Below are positions 41,301 through 50,525 of a stretch of DNA of 64,000 nucleotides, one piece after another (the first letter of the stretch is position 1; the number at the start of each line of letters is the position of its first letter). The stretch comes from an uncultured Clostridia bacterium (GTDB taxonomy: Bacteria > Bacillota > Clostridia > Christensenellales > UBA1242). A program made the translations under genes and the position numbers. The notes below the pieces were generated by a model. It saw only the letters and a program-made list of their open reading frames with translations. It made no database searches and was not told the DNA's origin. The DNA lies in NCBI GenBank assembly GCA_934757845.1, contig CAKVLQ010000001.1:8398-72397 (forward strand), given 5' to 3'.

Positions 41301-42028
41301 ATCTTGGTTTAATTGCCAAAACTCTTGGCTGGAAAGTTGCAACTCCAAACTTTAACGGAGCAACTGAAAGAGATATTCAAGAAATGCTTGTTGAAAATAA
41401 ATTGCCAGAAGACGGAAAATTCCAACTTTATGACGGCAGAACAGGCGAAGCATTTGAAAACAAAGTTACTGTTGGAACAATGTATATGATAAAACTTGAA
41501 CACATGAGTGAAACCAAAGTTCACGCAAGAAGTATTGGAAGTTATGCAATGATAACTCGTCAACCACTTGGCGGAAAAGCAATGTTTGGTGGACAAAGAT
41601 TTGGGGAAATGGAAGTTTGGGCACTAGAAGCCTATGGTGCAAGTCATTTGCTTCAAGAAATGTTAACCGTAAAATCAGATGATTATATTGGAAGAACAAA
41701 AACTTATGAAGCGATTGTTAAAGGTGAGCCAATTCCTGAACCAGGAATTCCAGAAGGCTTTAAAGTTTTGGTTAAAGAACTTCAATCTATTGGTCTTGAT
41801 GTTAAAATCTTAACTGAAAATAATAAAGAAATTAATGTTAATGATATTGCTCCAAGCGACAGTTCTATGAGCGTTCAAAAGAATGTTGAAGAAGAATTGA
41901 AAGAACTTGACATTGACGAAGATGTGTTTAACTTATCTTCTCTTGAAGAAGGTGAACAAAACGCCGAAGAATCGCAAGACGAGTTTGATGAATCAAGTTT
42001 GTTTGACGATTTTGATGACGAAGAATAA
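38342..42028 (+). CDS. rpoB: DNA-directed RNA polymerase subunit beta
   Basis: 1228 aa with hallmark beta-subunit segments (NKRRISAVGPGGI, GRHGNKGVVSRVLP, GGQRFGEMEVWALEAYGA). SD aaggag is upstream. Confidence 0.97.
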   Translation: MLEKPKVKKVNYGKAVRYSFAKVDEKAQLPYLLQIQKDPYKEFLTNGIKEVLEEVSPIVDYSDKAELYFLEHRLEPAKHDEDYCRKSRLSYTMPLKVKARLVIKETGEVIEQEVYLGDIPVMSDEGYFIANGVEKVVISQIVKSPSVYFSSEFDKTGKQIIEANLFSPRGTRLSIELGNAETLKFIINASSKVSAGVFLKACGLSKDEICKIFDNNQLILNTLEKEPQETEEDCLIEIAKKTRPAEVPSAEATRQYLHDTFFSNAYYNFARVGRYKYNKKLGLAGRIAGFVSVNDIIVNDEVVVSKGEIISKEVAFKIQDSGINEVYIYNEGKPHKIIGNARVKLSNVFPCIEEDLGINELVYYPLLKQILAENKTKEKRMAAIKANAKELITTHLTLEDLLATISYIIDLTQGLGNVDNIDHLENRRIATVGELMCNEFRKGVNKLKDNVRESMQAHDLSEMTPNTLVAARFVNKFIKDFISSSQLCQFAEDFNPVTTLTNKRRISAVGPGGIKKERAGAEVRDVHYSHYGRICAIETPEGNGIGLINGLAAYAKINEYGFIETGYRKVDKETGCVGNDITYMMAGEEEKYYICQAVEPTDENGKLLNDKVLCRKKGILYELKPTQVDYMDISPRQFISAITSLIPFLENDDTVRALTGSNMQRQAVPLLRADSPIVATGIEHKIAVDSGAMVICADDGVVSYADGNKIVVKQNNGTNKEYILKKFRKTNKETCYNQKPIVKHGDMVKKGDVLADGFSTQNGELALGKNVTIAFMNWEGYNYEDAILISEKLVKEDTFTSIALKEEECACRSTKLGDEEITRDIPNVSEEMLRNLDENGIVRVGSEVRSGDYLVGKVTPKGETELTPEERLLRAIFGEKAREVRDNSLKVPHGSGGIVVDVQVFSRKNKDELDPGVNTLVKVFIAKKRKISVGDKMAGRHGNKGVVSRVLPEADMPFMANGQPVDIVLNPLGVPSRMNIGQVLEVHLGLIAKTLGWKVATPNFNGATERDIQEMLVENKLPEDGKFQLYDGRTGEAFENKVTVGTMYMIKLEHMSETKVHARSIGSYAMITRQPLGGKAMFGGQRFGEMEVWALEAYGASHLLQEMLTVKSDDYIGRTKTYEAIVKGEPIPEPGIPEGFKVLVKELQSIGLDVKILTENNKEINVNDIAPSDSSMSVQKNVEEELKELDIDEDVFNLSSLEEGEQNAEESQDEFDESSLFDDFDDEE

Positions 42029-42067
42029 TATACACCACAAAAAAATTTATTAAGAGGTAATAATTAA

Positions 42068-45000
42068 ATGTTTGAATTAAGCAACTTTTATGCAATGAAA
42101 ATTGGTCTTGCTTCACCAGAAAAGATAAGAGAATGGTCTTATGGTGAAGTTACAAAAAGTGAAACCATAAATTATAGAACACAAAAACCAGAACGAGATG
42201 GGCTTTTTTGTGAAAGAATTTTTGGACCACGAAAAGACTATGAATGTCATTGCGGAAAATATAAAAGAATAAGATATAAAGGCGTTATTTGTGATAAATG
42301 TGGTGTAGAAGTTACTGTAAGTTCAGTAAGGCGTGAAAGAATGGGTCATATTGAACTTGCAACACCAGTTTCTCACATTTGGTTCTTTAAAATAAATCCT
42401 TCAAAAATTGGACAATGCCTTGATATTAGCACAAAAAATTTGGAAGCAGTGCTATATTATGTTAATTATATTGTAATTGACCCAGGCAACACCGATTTTG
42501 AGAAAAAACAAGTTATTAACGACCGTGAATATCGTGACGCTATTGAAAAATTTGGTGCAGGAAGTTTTAAGGCTGGCATGGGTGCAGAAGCAATTAAAAC
42601 TTTGCTTAAAGAAATTAATCTTGAAGAAGAATGCCGAATTTTGAAAGCCGAAATGGAAAATTCAAAAGGTCAAAAACGATTAAAAATAATTAAAAGATAT
42701 GAAATTATGGAAAGTTTCCTTGAAAGTGGAAACCGTCCAGAATGGATGATATTAGATTGCATTCCAGTTTTGCCACCAGATTTAAGACCAATGGTTCAAC
42801 TTGATGGCGGAAGATTTGCGTCAACAGACCTTAACGATTTGTATAGACGAGTTATCAACCGTAATTTAAGACTTAAAAAACTTTTGGAAATTGGTGCTCC
42901 TGATGTTATTGTTAGAAACGAAAAAAGAATGCTTCAAGAAGCAGTTGATGCTTTGTTTGATAACGGAAAACGAGGAAAACCAGTTACTGGCGGAAGCAAA
43001 AACCGAGAACTTAAATCTATCACTTCAAGTTTGAAAGGAAAACAAGGTCGTTTCCGTTTGAACTTGTTAGGAAAACGTGTTGACTATTCAGGTCGTGCAG
43101 TTATTATTATTGGACCAGAACTAAAAATTTATCAATGCGGACTTCCAAAACACATGGCTCTTGAATTGTTTAAGCCTTTCATTATGAAACGACTTATCGA
43201 TATGAACCAAACTTATAATATTAAAAGTGCAAAAAGAATGGTAGACCGTGAAAAACCTATCGTTTGGGACGTTTTGGACGAAGTTATCAAAGACCACCCA
43301 GTTTTGTTAAACCGTGCTCCAACACTACACAAACTTTCTATTCAAGCATTTGAACCAGTGCTTGTTGAAGGAAATGCTATTAAACTTCACCCACTTGTTT
43401 GTGCGGGATTTAACGCCGACTTCGATGGTGACCAAATGGCAGTTCACGTTCCATTAAGTGCTGAAGCGTGTGCAGAAGCAAGATTCTTGATGCTTGCATC
43501 AAACAATATCGTAAAACCAAGTGATGGAAAACCTATTGTTACTCCACAACAAGATATTGTTTTGGGAACTTATTTCTTAACAATGCTTAACCCAAATGCA
43601 AAAGGTGCAAACAAAACTTTTATCAGCGAAGACGAAGCAATTATGGCTTATAGCCTTGGATATTTGAACATTCAAGCCCCAATTTTTGTTAGAAGAAGTG
43701 GTGAACTTAATGGCAAAAAATATTCAAAACTAATTCCAACTTCTGTTGGTAAAATTATTTTGAACAATGTTATTCCACAAGATTTGGGATATGTTGACCG
43801 AACCGACCCTGAACAATTTTTGGATTATGAAATTAACCACAAAATTGTTAAAAATGCAGATGGAACAATAACAAAATCAAATTTAATGGTTGGAAAAGAC
43901 CAACTTGGTGAAATTGTTGGTAAAGTTTATGCAAAACATGGAACAACTCCAACAGCCAAATTCCTTGATGATATTAAAGCACTTGGATATAAATATTCAA
44001 CATTAAGTGGAATTACCATGAACTTGTTTGATATGAATATCCCAGCCGAAAGACAAACAATTATTGATGAAACTCAAAAATTGGTTGACCAAAACGAAAA
44101 AATGTATAATCGTGGCTTAATCACATTAAATGAAAAAGTTAACAAAAACATTGATTTGTGGGCAAAAGCAACAGAAGATGTTTCTCTTGCTGTTAGAAAA
44201 AATTTGGGAGAATTTAACCCACTTAACATTATTGCAACATCAAAAGCCCGTATGAGCCCAGACCAGTTGAAACAAGTTTGCGGAATGCGTGGAATTTTGG
44301 CAGCGGTTGGTGGTGCTAAAATTGAAATTCCAATTAGGTCTAACTATCGTTTGGGTCTAAAACCATTTGAATACTTCATGAGTTCTCGTGGTGGACGAAA
44401 AGGTCTTGCCGACGTTGCACTTAAAACAGCAGATGCGGGATATTTGACAAGAAAACTTGTTGATGTTTCTCAAAGCGTTATTGTTAATGAAGAAGATTGT
44501 TTCAAATCTAATGGTGAAAAAATTAAAGGTGCAGTTGTTTCTGCAATTACTATTGACGACACATTGGTTACAACTCTTAAAAAACGAATTGTTGGCCGTG
44601 TTGCTGTTAATGATATTATCAATCCAAACACACAAGAAGTTATTGTTAAATCAAATGAAATGATAACTGATGCACAGGCAGACGAAATTGAAGCGTGTGG
44701 AATCAAAGCCGTTGAAATCCGAACTGTTTTAACTTGCCGATGCAAAAATGGTGTTTGTGCAAAATGTTATGGAAAAGACATGAGCAGTTCAAAACTTATT
44801 GGTGTTGGTGAAGCTGTTGGTATTATTGCCGCTCAATCAGTTGGTGAACCAGGAACACAGTTAACCATGAAAAACTTCCACACAGGTGGTGTTGCAACAA
44901 CAACCGATATCACAAGAGGTCTTCCTCGTGTTGAAGAATTGTTTGAAGCAAAAAAACCAAAAGGAATGGCCACTCTTGCCGAAGTTGCAGGAAAAGTTAC

Positions 45001-45706
45001 TGTTAACAAAGTTGACAAACTTGACGAAGTTGTTGTTCATTCAAACGAAGGTGATGTTTCTTATCTTCTTCCTTATGGAAGCGTTGTTAAAGTTAAAACT
45101 GGCGACAGTGTAGTTCCAGGAACTCCATTAAGTGCTGGTTCTATCTATCCTAACGACATTTTAAGAACACAAGGTGTTAAAGCCGTTCAAGATTATTTGA
45201 TAAGTCAAATCCTTTATGCTTATGCAAACAACAGCGTTGATATTAACACAAAACATTTGGAAGTTATAATCAGACAAATGTTAAGACGTGTTATGATTGA
45301 AGAACAAGGTGACACACAATTCCTTCCAAGTTCTTATGTTGACATTTTTGCTTATGAAGATGCAAACAATGAAATTTTGAAACAAGGCAAAGTTCCAGCA
45401 AGTGCAAAACGAACACTTCTTGGAATTACAAAAGCCGCCTTAAACTCTGAAAGTTTCTTGTCTGCTGCATCGTTCCAAGAAACCCCTATGGTTTTGACAG
45501 AAGCAGCAATCAAAGGCAAAGTTGACACACTTCAAGGCTTGAAAGAAAATGTTATTATCGGAAAACTTATTCCAGCAGGAACAGGCAATTTCAATCATAT
45601 AAATGTTTATCCAAAACTAAACAATGAAGCCCAAAATTTTGGTTTAGAAACTACTCAAAGTGATGAAACCGAAATCAGTGAAACTGAAGGGTCAAGTGAA
45701 GAATAA
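42068..45706 (+). CDS. rpoC: DNA-directed RNA polymerase subunit beta'
   Basis: 1212 aa. Zn-finger [23 protein letters not shown], catalytic [12 protein letters not shown] motif, LNRAPTLH. Confidence 0.97.
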   Translation: MFELSNFYAMKIGLASPEKIREWSYGEVTKSETINYRTQKPERDGLFCERIFGPRKDYECHCGKYKRIRYKGVICDKCGVEVTVSSVRRERMGHIELATPVSHIWFFKINPSKIGQCLDISTKNLEAVLYYVNYIVIDPGNTDFEKKQVINDREYRDAIEKFGAGSFKAGMGAEAIKTLLKEINLEEECRILKAEMENSKGQKRLKIIKRYEIMESFLESGNRPEWMILDCIPVLPPDLRPMVQLDGGRFASTDLNDLYRRVINRNLRLKKLLEIGAPDVIVRNEKRMLQEAVDALFDNGKRGKPVTGGSKNRELKSITSSLKGKQGRFRLNLLGKRVDYSGRAVIIIGPELKIYQCGLPKHMALELFKPFIMKRLIDMNQTYNIKSAKRMVDREKPIVWDVLDEVIKDHPVLLNRAPTLHKLSIQAFEPVLVEGNAIKLHPLVCAGFNADFDGDQMAVHVPLSAEACAEARFLMLASNNIVKPSDGKPIVTPQQDIVLGTYFLTMLNPNAKGANKTFISEDEAIMAYSLGYLNIQAPIFVRRSGELNGKKYSKLIPTSVGKIILNNVIPQDLGYVDRTDPEQFLDYEINHKIVKNADGTITKSNLMVGKDQLGEIVGKVYAKHGTTPTAKFLDDIKALGYKYSTLSGITMNLFDMNIPAERQTIIDETQKLVDQNEKMYNRGLITLNEKVNKNIDLWAKATEDVSLAVRKNLGEFNPLNIIATSKARMSPDQLKQVCGMRGILAAVGGAKIEIPIRSNYRLGLKPFEYFMSSRGGRKGLADVALKTADAGYLTRKLVDVSQSVIVNEEDCFKSNGEKIKGAVVSAITIDDTLVTTLKKRIVGRVAVNDIINPNTQEVIVKSNEMITDAQADEIEACGIKAVEIRTVLTCRCKNGVCAKCYGKDMSSSKLIGVGEAVGIIAAQSVGEPGTQLTMKNFHTGGVATTTDITRGLPRVEELFEAKKPKGMATLAEVAGKVTVNKVDKLDEVVVHSNEGDVSYLLPYGSVVKVKTGDSVVPGTPLSAGSIYPNDILRTQGVKAVQDYLISQILYAYANNSVDINTKHLEVIIRQMLRRVMIEEQGDTQFLPSSYVDIFAYEDANNEILKQGKVPASAKRTLLGITKAALNSESFLSAASFQETPMVLTEAAIKGKVDTLQGLKENVIIGKLIPAGTGNFNHINVYPKLNNEAQNFGLETTQSDETEISETEGSSEE

Positions 45707-45715
45707 TATTAAAAA

Positions 45716-45744
45716 GCGTTTAAACTTTTGTTTAAGCGTTTTTT
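45716..45744 (+). terminator. Rho-independent terminator after rpoC
   Basis: cgtttaaac (45716-45724) pairs with gtttaagcg (45729-45737) with one G-U pair and a tttt loop, then a T7 run. Confidence 0.7.
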
Positions 45745-45877
45745 TGTGAAAAACAAGATAAAAGTTGAAAAAAATGAATTAAAATTGTGATTTAATAATA
45801 GAAAAAGAAATAAAAATAAAAAATTGTTCACCCAAAATTAAAAATAAATAAAACTAAAAAAAATTTAAAAAAGGGTA

Positions 45878-45906
45878 TAGACAAACTTTAAATTTTGTGG
45901 TAATAT
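45878..45906 (+). promoter_or_regulatory. Extended -10 promoter of paralog 1
   Basis: TAGACA (45878-45883), 17 nt, TGgTAATAT (hexamer at 45901-45906). It is preceded by aaaagggtat, which is shared with the paralog 2 promoter. Confidence 0.5.
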
Positions 45907-45927
45907 ATTAATGTTTAAGGAGTTAAT

Positions 45928-46392
45928 ATGATTAAAGAACAAAAAAAATTAGAAGAAATTATGTATTTATCTTTAATTGGTAAATTTGAAAATGTTATTT
46001 TGTTTGGAGATAATAAACATTTTTGCTTTACAAGCCAATATAACAACAAATTTTCAATGAAACCAACTTTTGTTACAAACGAAAAAATTGCAAGTGATAA
46101 TGTTGCTCTTTTAAGACTAAAAGCATTTGAAAAGAAAATTTTTAATCCAGAATATTTTGAAAGCATTGTTAAAGCAACAAAAGAAAAACCAAACTATGGC
46201 AAACGAATAAAATTGTTTCTTGAAAATTTGAACAAGCAAGACTTAACAACAAGATATGAAACAAGGCTTTATTATGAAACAAACTTGCTTCATTTGTTTA
46301 ACAATCAAATTATTGATGTTGATTCATATCACTTGGCAAAAGAATTTGGCGCAAGTCAAATTAAAGGCAAACAAGTTGAACTTCAAAAATAA
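45928..46392 (+). CDS. Hypothetical protein, tandem paralog 1 (154 aa)
   Basis: SD aaggag upstream. Clearly homologous to the 46627-47121 product (MIKEQKKLEEIMYLSLIGKFE vs MIKGERKLEELIYFSLISNFE; RLKAFEKKIF vs RVKAFENKIF). Confidence 0.65.
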   Translation: MIKEQKKLEEIMYLSLIGKFENVILFGDNKHFCFTSQYNNKFSMKPTFVTNEKIASDNVALLRLKAFEKKIFNPEYFESIVKATKEKPNYGKRIKLFLENLNKQDLTTRYETRLYYETNLLHLFNNQIIDVDSYHLAKEFGASQIKGKQVELQK

Positions 46393-46394
46393 TA

Positions 46395-46423
46395 AAAACG
46401 AAACCTAGTGTTTCGTTTTTTTT
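46395..46423 (+). terminator. Rho-independent terminator
   Basis: cgaaac (46399-46404), ctagt loop, gtttcg (46410-46415), flanked by an A run and a T9 run. Confidence 0.75.
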
Positions 46424-46575
46424 AATTACCAATATTTAATGTTATTTTTTAACAATTCAAAAAATGTTATTTGAAATGTGGGTTATATTTTTCAAAATTA
46501 TAAAATTTAAAAAGCGTTTTAAAGTAGTTTTGATGTATTTATGTTTTGGTATCAAAACTTTTTTTGAAAAGGGTA

Positions 46576-46604
46576 TTTACAAAGCAGTTATTTTGTGTTA
46601 TTAT
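46576..46604 (+). promoter_or_regulatory. Extended -10 promoter of paralog 2
   Basis: TTTACA (46576-46581), 17 nt, TGtTATTAT (hexamer at 46599-46604). Same aaaagggtat upstream box as paralog 1. Confidence 0.5.
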
Positions 46605-46626
46605 ATAAGCAATTAAAGGAGATGCC

Positions 46627-47121
46627 ATGATTAAAGGTGAAAGAAAACTTGAAGAATTAATTTATTTTTCTTTAATAAGTAATTTTGAAAGCAAACATAT
46701 TAAAGACGGAGTTACTTACATTTCGTTTTGTTCAAAAGTTCAAGAACTTGGATTGAATCAAAACAACAAACCAGTTTGCAAGGTTGATTTAAGACCAATT
46801 TATTTAACAAGCGATGAAGAAACAAGCCCAAGAGTTTTGGAATTAAGAGTTAAAGCGTTTGAAAATAAGATTTTTGATGAAAATATGAAAGAGGCGATTA
46901 ATCAATATCTTAAAAATGAAATTTATTTTTCAAGAAGAATTGCTCTTTATATGAATAATGTTTATTTTAAGAAATCTCAAAAAGAACAAAAACAAGAAAT
47001 TGAAAATTTTGCAACTAATTTGTATGGTTTATATAACTTTAACATTATAGACAAACAACAATTTAAACTTTGCAAAAAGTATATGGAAGAATTTGTTGGA
47101 AAAAAAGAATTGGTTTTCTAA
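46627..47121 (+). CDS. Hypothetical protein, tandem paralog 2 (164 aa)
   Basis: SD aaaggag upstream. Homologous to the 45928-46392 product over its full length. Confidence 0.65.
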   Translation: MIKGERKLEELIYFSLISNFESKHIKDGVTYISFCSKVQELGLNQNNKPVCKVDLRPIYLTSDEETSPRVLELRVKAFENKIFDENMKEAINQYLKNEIYFSRRIALYMNNVYFKKSQKEQKQEIENFATNLYGLYNFNIIDKQQFKLCKKYMEEFVGKKELVF

Positions 47122-47200
47122 TTAAAATTTTTAAAAATTAACATAATAATTTTACATTTTATATAAAATATGTTAAACTAATTTTAGTTAGGAGAGAAAT

Positions 47201-47524
47201 ATGAAACAACAATTCGTTTATCCAGCAGTGCTATATTTTGATGAAGAAAACAATAATTATGCGGTGGCATTTAATGACCTTGACATTTTCACCGAAGGCG
47301 ACACCGTTGAAGATGCTTTTAAAAGTGCCAAAGAATATTTGATTGCTTATCTTGAATGTGCAAATCATATTAATAATGAAATTGAAAACCCAACAAGTTA
47401 TATTGTTGTAAAAAACAGTCATCAAGCCGACATTGTTCTTTTGGTTGACGGAGAACTTGATTTGGATAATCCACAAAGCAAATTTATGCCAGATGATTTG
47501 GATAGCGATTTGTTTGAAGAATAA
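47201..47524 (+). CDS. HicB-like (UPF0150/HicB_lk antitoxin fold) protein, no HicA partner
   Basis: FVYPAVLYFDEENNNYAVAFNDLDIFTEGDTVEDAFKSAKEYLIAYLE matches the N-terminal HicB-type pattern (YPA.f..de.ggY.v.fpDlpg..teGdT.eEA...AkeaL). It has an acidic C-terminus and no RHH or HTH domain. SD aggagag is upstream. Confidence 0.55.
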   Translation: MKQQFVYPAVLYFDEENNNYAVAFNDLDIFTEGDTVEDAFKSAKEYLIAYLECANHINNEIENPTSYIVVKNSHQADIVLLVDGELDLDNPQSKFMPDDLDSDLFEE

Positions 47525-47535
47525 ATATATAATTA

Positions 47536-47566
47536 AAAAAGTTGAACAAAGTTCAACTTTTTTTTA
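47536..47566 (+). terminator. Rho-independent terminator
   Basis: aaaaagttgaac, aaa loop, gttcaacttttt. The gttgaac/gttcaac stem spans 47541-47557 and is followed by a T run. Confidence 0.75.
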
Positions 47567-47694
47567 ATTCATTTTTTAAATTTATTAATTATTAACTCTT
47601 TTTATTTACAAAAACTTATAAATAAATATGCGTGCATATAAATATTATTTTTTAAATTAGAGTTTTGTTTTGTAAATGCTTTTTTAAAAACTTT

Positions 47695-48918
47695 TTATTT
47701 TTTATCTTTTTTGCTTTTTATAACTTCATCAAAAATTTCCAAAATTTGTTTTGAAACATTGTTCCAACCAACATTTAAGGTTTTAAAAGCGTTTTCGCTC
47801 ACTTTTGTTAATTTTTGTTTATCACTAAATATTTCAATTATCTTGTGTGCATAGTCTTCTTCATTCAGTTCACATGAATAGCCATTACAGTTGTCAACAA
47901 CATTTTCACAACTTGCCGAATTTTTTATTGCAAGTATTGGAGTTTTTTGGCTGGCTGCTTCAAATTTAACAACTGGACAATTATCAACCGTTGAAGGGAA
48001 GCAGAACAAATCGGCAAAATAATAATATTTTGAAAGCAAGTTTTTGTCGGTTATTTTCCCCGCAAAAATAATATTTTGCTCTAAACCCAAGTTTTTGCTT
48101 AAAGTTTTAAGATTTTCTTCATCAGTTCCACCACCAACAATAAGCATTTTAAAATCAAAATTTTTTTCTTTTAAAATTTTTAACGAATTAAACAAAAAAT
48201 CAAGGTTTTTGCATTTCATCTCAAGTCTGCCAACAAAAAGCAAAATTGGAATATTTTTTTCAATATTATATTTTGTTTTGAAATATTCAAAAATTTCATT
48301 TTCATTTGTGTTAAGTTCAAAATTGCTTGTGTTTGGAATTATGCTAATTTCAGGTTTTGTAACTTTATGGCTTAAATAATTTTGCTTTGTTCCGTTTGAA
48401 ACGGCAATAATTTTGTCAGTGTTGTTTGCGAATTTATAATTTCTTTTTATAACAATGTTTGAAATTAATTTGCTTTTAATAATAGTTGGCATTTCTTCGC
48501 TAAACTTGCTGTGAGCGTGAAATACTATTGGGATATTATGCTTTTTTGCAAATTTTTTTGCAAAACTTGCAAGACCATAAACGGTGTGAACATGAAAAAC
48601 ATCAATGTTCATTTTTTCAAGAAGTTTTTTAAATTTTTTATCCAAATTTGGAACAGGTTGACTTTCGCCCCACTTTTTTGGAATTTTTATGCTTTTTGTT
48701 CTTATAATCAAAAAATCTTCTTTATCTTCATATCCTTTTGCATTGCCTGTTATTAAAGCAATGTTGCATAGCCCATTTTTGTTATAGGCGTTGCATAAAT
48801 TTTGCGTAACATTTTCAACCCCGCCAACTGATGGTTCAAAAATGTCTGTGATTATTGCAACATTTGTTTTTTCATGGTTATAAAAATCTTCCAATTTTTG
48901 TGGATTATGAATTTTCAT
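47695..48918 (-). CDS. Glycosyltransferase family 4 (GT-B, group 1)
   Basis: 407 aa. N-terminal GGVENV motif. C-terminal GT4 signature region LLFVGRLE...KN, GGG, and FPSTVDNCPVVKFEAASQKTPILA. SD aggag is upstream. Confidence 0.75.
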   Translation of the reverse strand: MKIHNPQKLEDFYNHEKTNVAIITDIFEPSVGGVENVTQNLCNAYNKNGLCNIALITGNAKGYEDKEDFLIIRTKSIKIPKKWGESQPVPNLDKKFKKLLEKMNIDVFHVHTVYGLASFAKKFAKKHNIPIVFHAHSKFSEEMPTIIKSKLISNIVIKRNYKFANNTDKIIAVSNGTKQNYLSHKVTKPEISIIPNTSNFELNTNENEIFEYFKTKYNIEKNIPILLFVGRLEMKCKNLDFLFNSLKILKEKNFDFKMLIVGGGTDEENLKTLSKNLGLEQNIIFAGKITDKNLLSKYYYFADLFCFPSTVDNCPVVKFEAASQKTPILAIKNSASCENVVDNCNGYSCELNEEDYAHKIIEIFSDKQKLTKVSENAFKTLNVGWNNVSKQILEIFDEVIKSKKDKK

Positions 48919-48998
48919 TTGTGCTCCTATTTAATATTGTTATACTTTTATCAATTATATTAATTATAAAACATAGTTGTCAAATCTTTTAATTAAAA

Positions 48999-49027
48999 TT
49001 GATTTTTAAGTTAAGATTGTGTATAAT
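48999..49027 (+). promoter_or_regulatory. Sigma-A promoter of the second GT4 gene (possibly giving a leaderless mRNA)
   Basis: TTGATT (48999-49004), 17-nt spacer, perfect TATAAT (49022-49027). The first ATG of the ORF is at 49035, only 7 nt after the -10, and has no SD. Confidence 0.45.
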
Positions 49028-49034
49028 TATTGTA

Positions 49035-50396
49035 ATGAAAACTGAAATTGATAACAAAAAGAGATTAAAAATAGGAATTTTTAATGATTCGTTTTTTCCA
49101 ATGATAGACGGTGTTGTTAATGTTATTGACAACTATGCAAAAAGATTAAGCGAATATGCCGATGTAACAGTTTTTGTGCCCGCAGGAAGAGAAGATTTTG
49201 ACGATAGCAAATTTAATTATAAAGTTGTTAGATGTTCAAAAAAGATTAATGCAAACTTTTTGGACTATGACCTTCCAATGCCTGCGTGGGATAAAGAATT
49301 TTGCGATAAAATAAAAAATGCAAAACTTGATATTGTGCACATTCATTCGCCATTTTCTATTGGAAAAATTGGGCTAAAATATGCTCGAAAACACGACATT
49401 CCTGTTGTTGCAACACTTCACAGCCAATTTAAAAAAGATTTTTATCTTGCAACTAAATCAAAACTTTTAACTTCAATGCTTTTAAAAAATGTTATAAATG
49501 TTTTTGATAGTTGTGATGAGTGCTGGGCTGTTAACAAAGAAGTTGCAAAAATTTATTTTAAAGATTATGGTTTAAATCGCCTTGCAAAAGTTCAAAATAA
49601 CGGAACAGACTTAATTTATTATGATAATGACGAAGAAATTGAAAAACTAAAAATACATTACAACATTCAAAAAGACTGCAAAATTTTGCTTTTTGTTGGA
49701 AGAATAAACAGATTAAAAAATATATTTTTTATTGCTGATTGCTTAAAAATTCTTAAAGAAAAAAACTTTAATTTTAAAATGTTTTTTGTTGGAACAGGAC
49801 CTGATTTAGAAGAATTAAAAGAAAAAATAAAAGAATATAATCTTGAAGACTTTGTTATCTTTACGGGAAAGATTTGCGACAGGGAATTGCTTGTTAAGCA
49901 TTTTAGAATGGCGGATTTATTTGTTTTTCCATCTCTTTATGATTGTTCAAGTTTGGTGCAAATTGAAGCCGCAAGCCAAAAAACTCCAACAATATTTATT
50001 CGTGGTTCGGTAACAAGTGGAACTTGCACAGAAGATATTGACGCATTTTTTGCTGAAAATAATGAACTAGATTTTGCAAACAAAATTATTGAAATTTTTG
50101 AAAATCCAGATGAATATGAAAAAATAAAAAATGGTGCGTTCACAAATCTTTATATGCCATGGGATAATGCCGTAAAAAAGGTTTATGACGATTATTTGTT
50201 TGTTATTCAAAAATATAAAAATGGATATTATAAAAAATTTCAAACAAACAACTTTAAAGTTCGCAAAAGGAAAGTTAAACGAGTTGTTAAAAAACAAAGT
50301 TTAAAAAACAAACATATCGCCGAAAAGAAAAACCGCAAACGAAAAAAACAATTAAAAAAAATAATTAAGAAAACGAAAAATCTAGAAAATGAATAA
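49035..50396 (+). CDS. Glycosyltransferase family 4 with a poly-basic C-terminal tail
   Basis: The ORF track starts at TTG 48999, which falls inside the predicted -35, so ATG 49035 (MKTEIDNKK) is preferred. It is paralogous to the divergent GT4 (DGVVNV; LLFVGRINRLKN; FPSLYDCSSLVQIEAASQKTPTIF). The last ~55 aa are Lys/Arg-rich (KVRKRKVKRVVKKQSLKNKHIAEKKNRKRKKQLKKIIKK). Confidence 0.75.
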   Translation: MKTEIDNKKRLKIGIFNDSFFPMIDGVVNVIDNYAKRLSEYADVTVFVPAGREDFDDSKFNYKVVRCSKKINANFLDYDLPMPAWDKEFCDKIKNAKLDIVHIHSPFSIGKIGLKYARKHDIPVVATLHSQFKKDFYLATKSKLLTSMLLKNVINVFDSCDECWAVNKEVAKIYFKDYGLNRLAKVQNNGTDLIYYDNDEEIEKLKIHYNIQKDCKILLFVGRINRLKNIFFIADCLKILKEKNFNFKMFFVGTGPDLEELKEKIKEYNLEDFVIFTGKICDRELLVKHFRMADLFVFPSLYDCSSLVQIEAASQKTPTIFIRGSVTSGTCTEDIDAFFAENNELDFANKIIEIFENPDEYEKIKNGAFTNLYMPWDNAVKKVYDDYLFVIQKYKNGYYKKFQTNNFKVRKRKVKRVVKKQSLKNKHIAEKKNRKRKKQLKKIIKKTKNLENE

Positions 50397-50496
50397 GTAA
50401 GCACAAATGTTTTTTGCTGAAAAAATTTTAAACTATTAAAAGAAAAATTTTCATTTTAGAATATACAAAAATTTTTTAAAAAGATGTAAAACAATG

Positions 50497-50525
50497 TTGA
50501 CATCTTTTTTGTTTTTTGATAAAAT
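50497..50525 (+). promoter_or_regulatory. Extended -10 promoter of the rpsL-rpsG-fusA operon
   Basis: TTGACA (50497-50502), 17 nt, TGaTAAAAT (hexamer at 50520-50525). The -35 is embedded in a hairpin (aagatgt/acatctt) that may terminate the upstream GT4 gene. Confidence 0.55.

Noticed and set aside
47122-47694. A hidden HicA toxin ORF next to the HicB-like gene.
   Set aside because: Reading both strands of the flanks shows only terminator and AT-rich spacer sequence, with no open frame of HicA size (~55-70 aa) and no SD.
48999-49034. TTG start at 48999 for the second GT4 gene (MIFKLRLCIIIV...).
   Set aside because: These 12 codons coincide with a near-consensus -35/-10 promoter and have no SD. 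ATG 49035 is the more plausible start.
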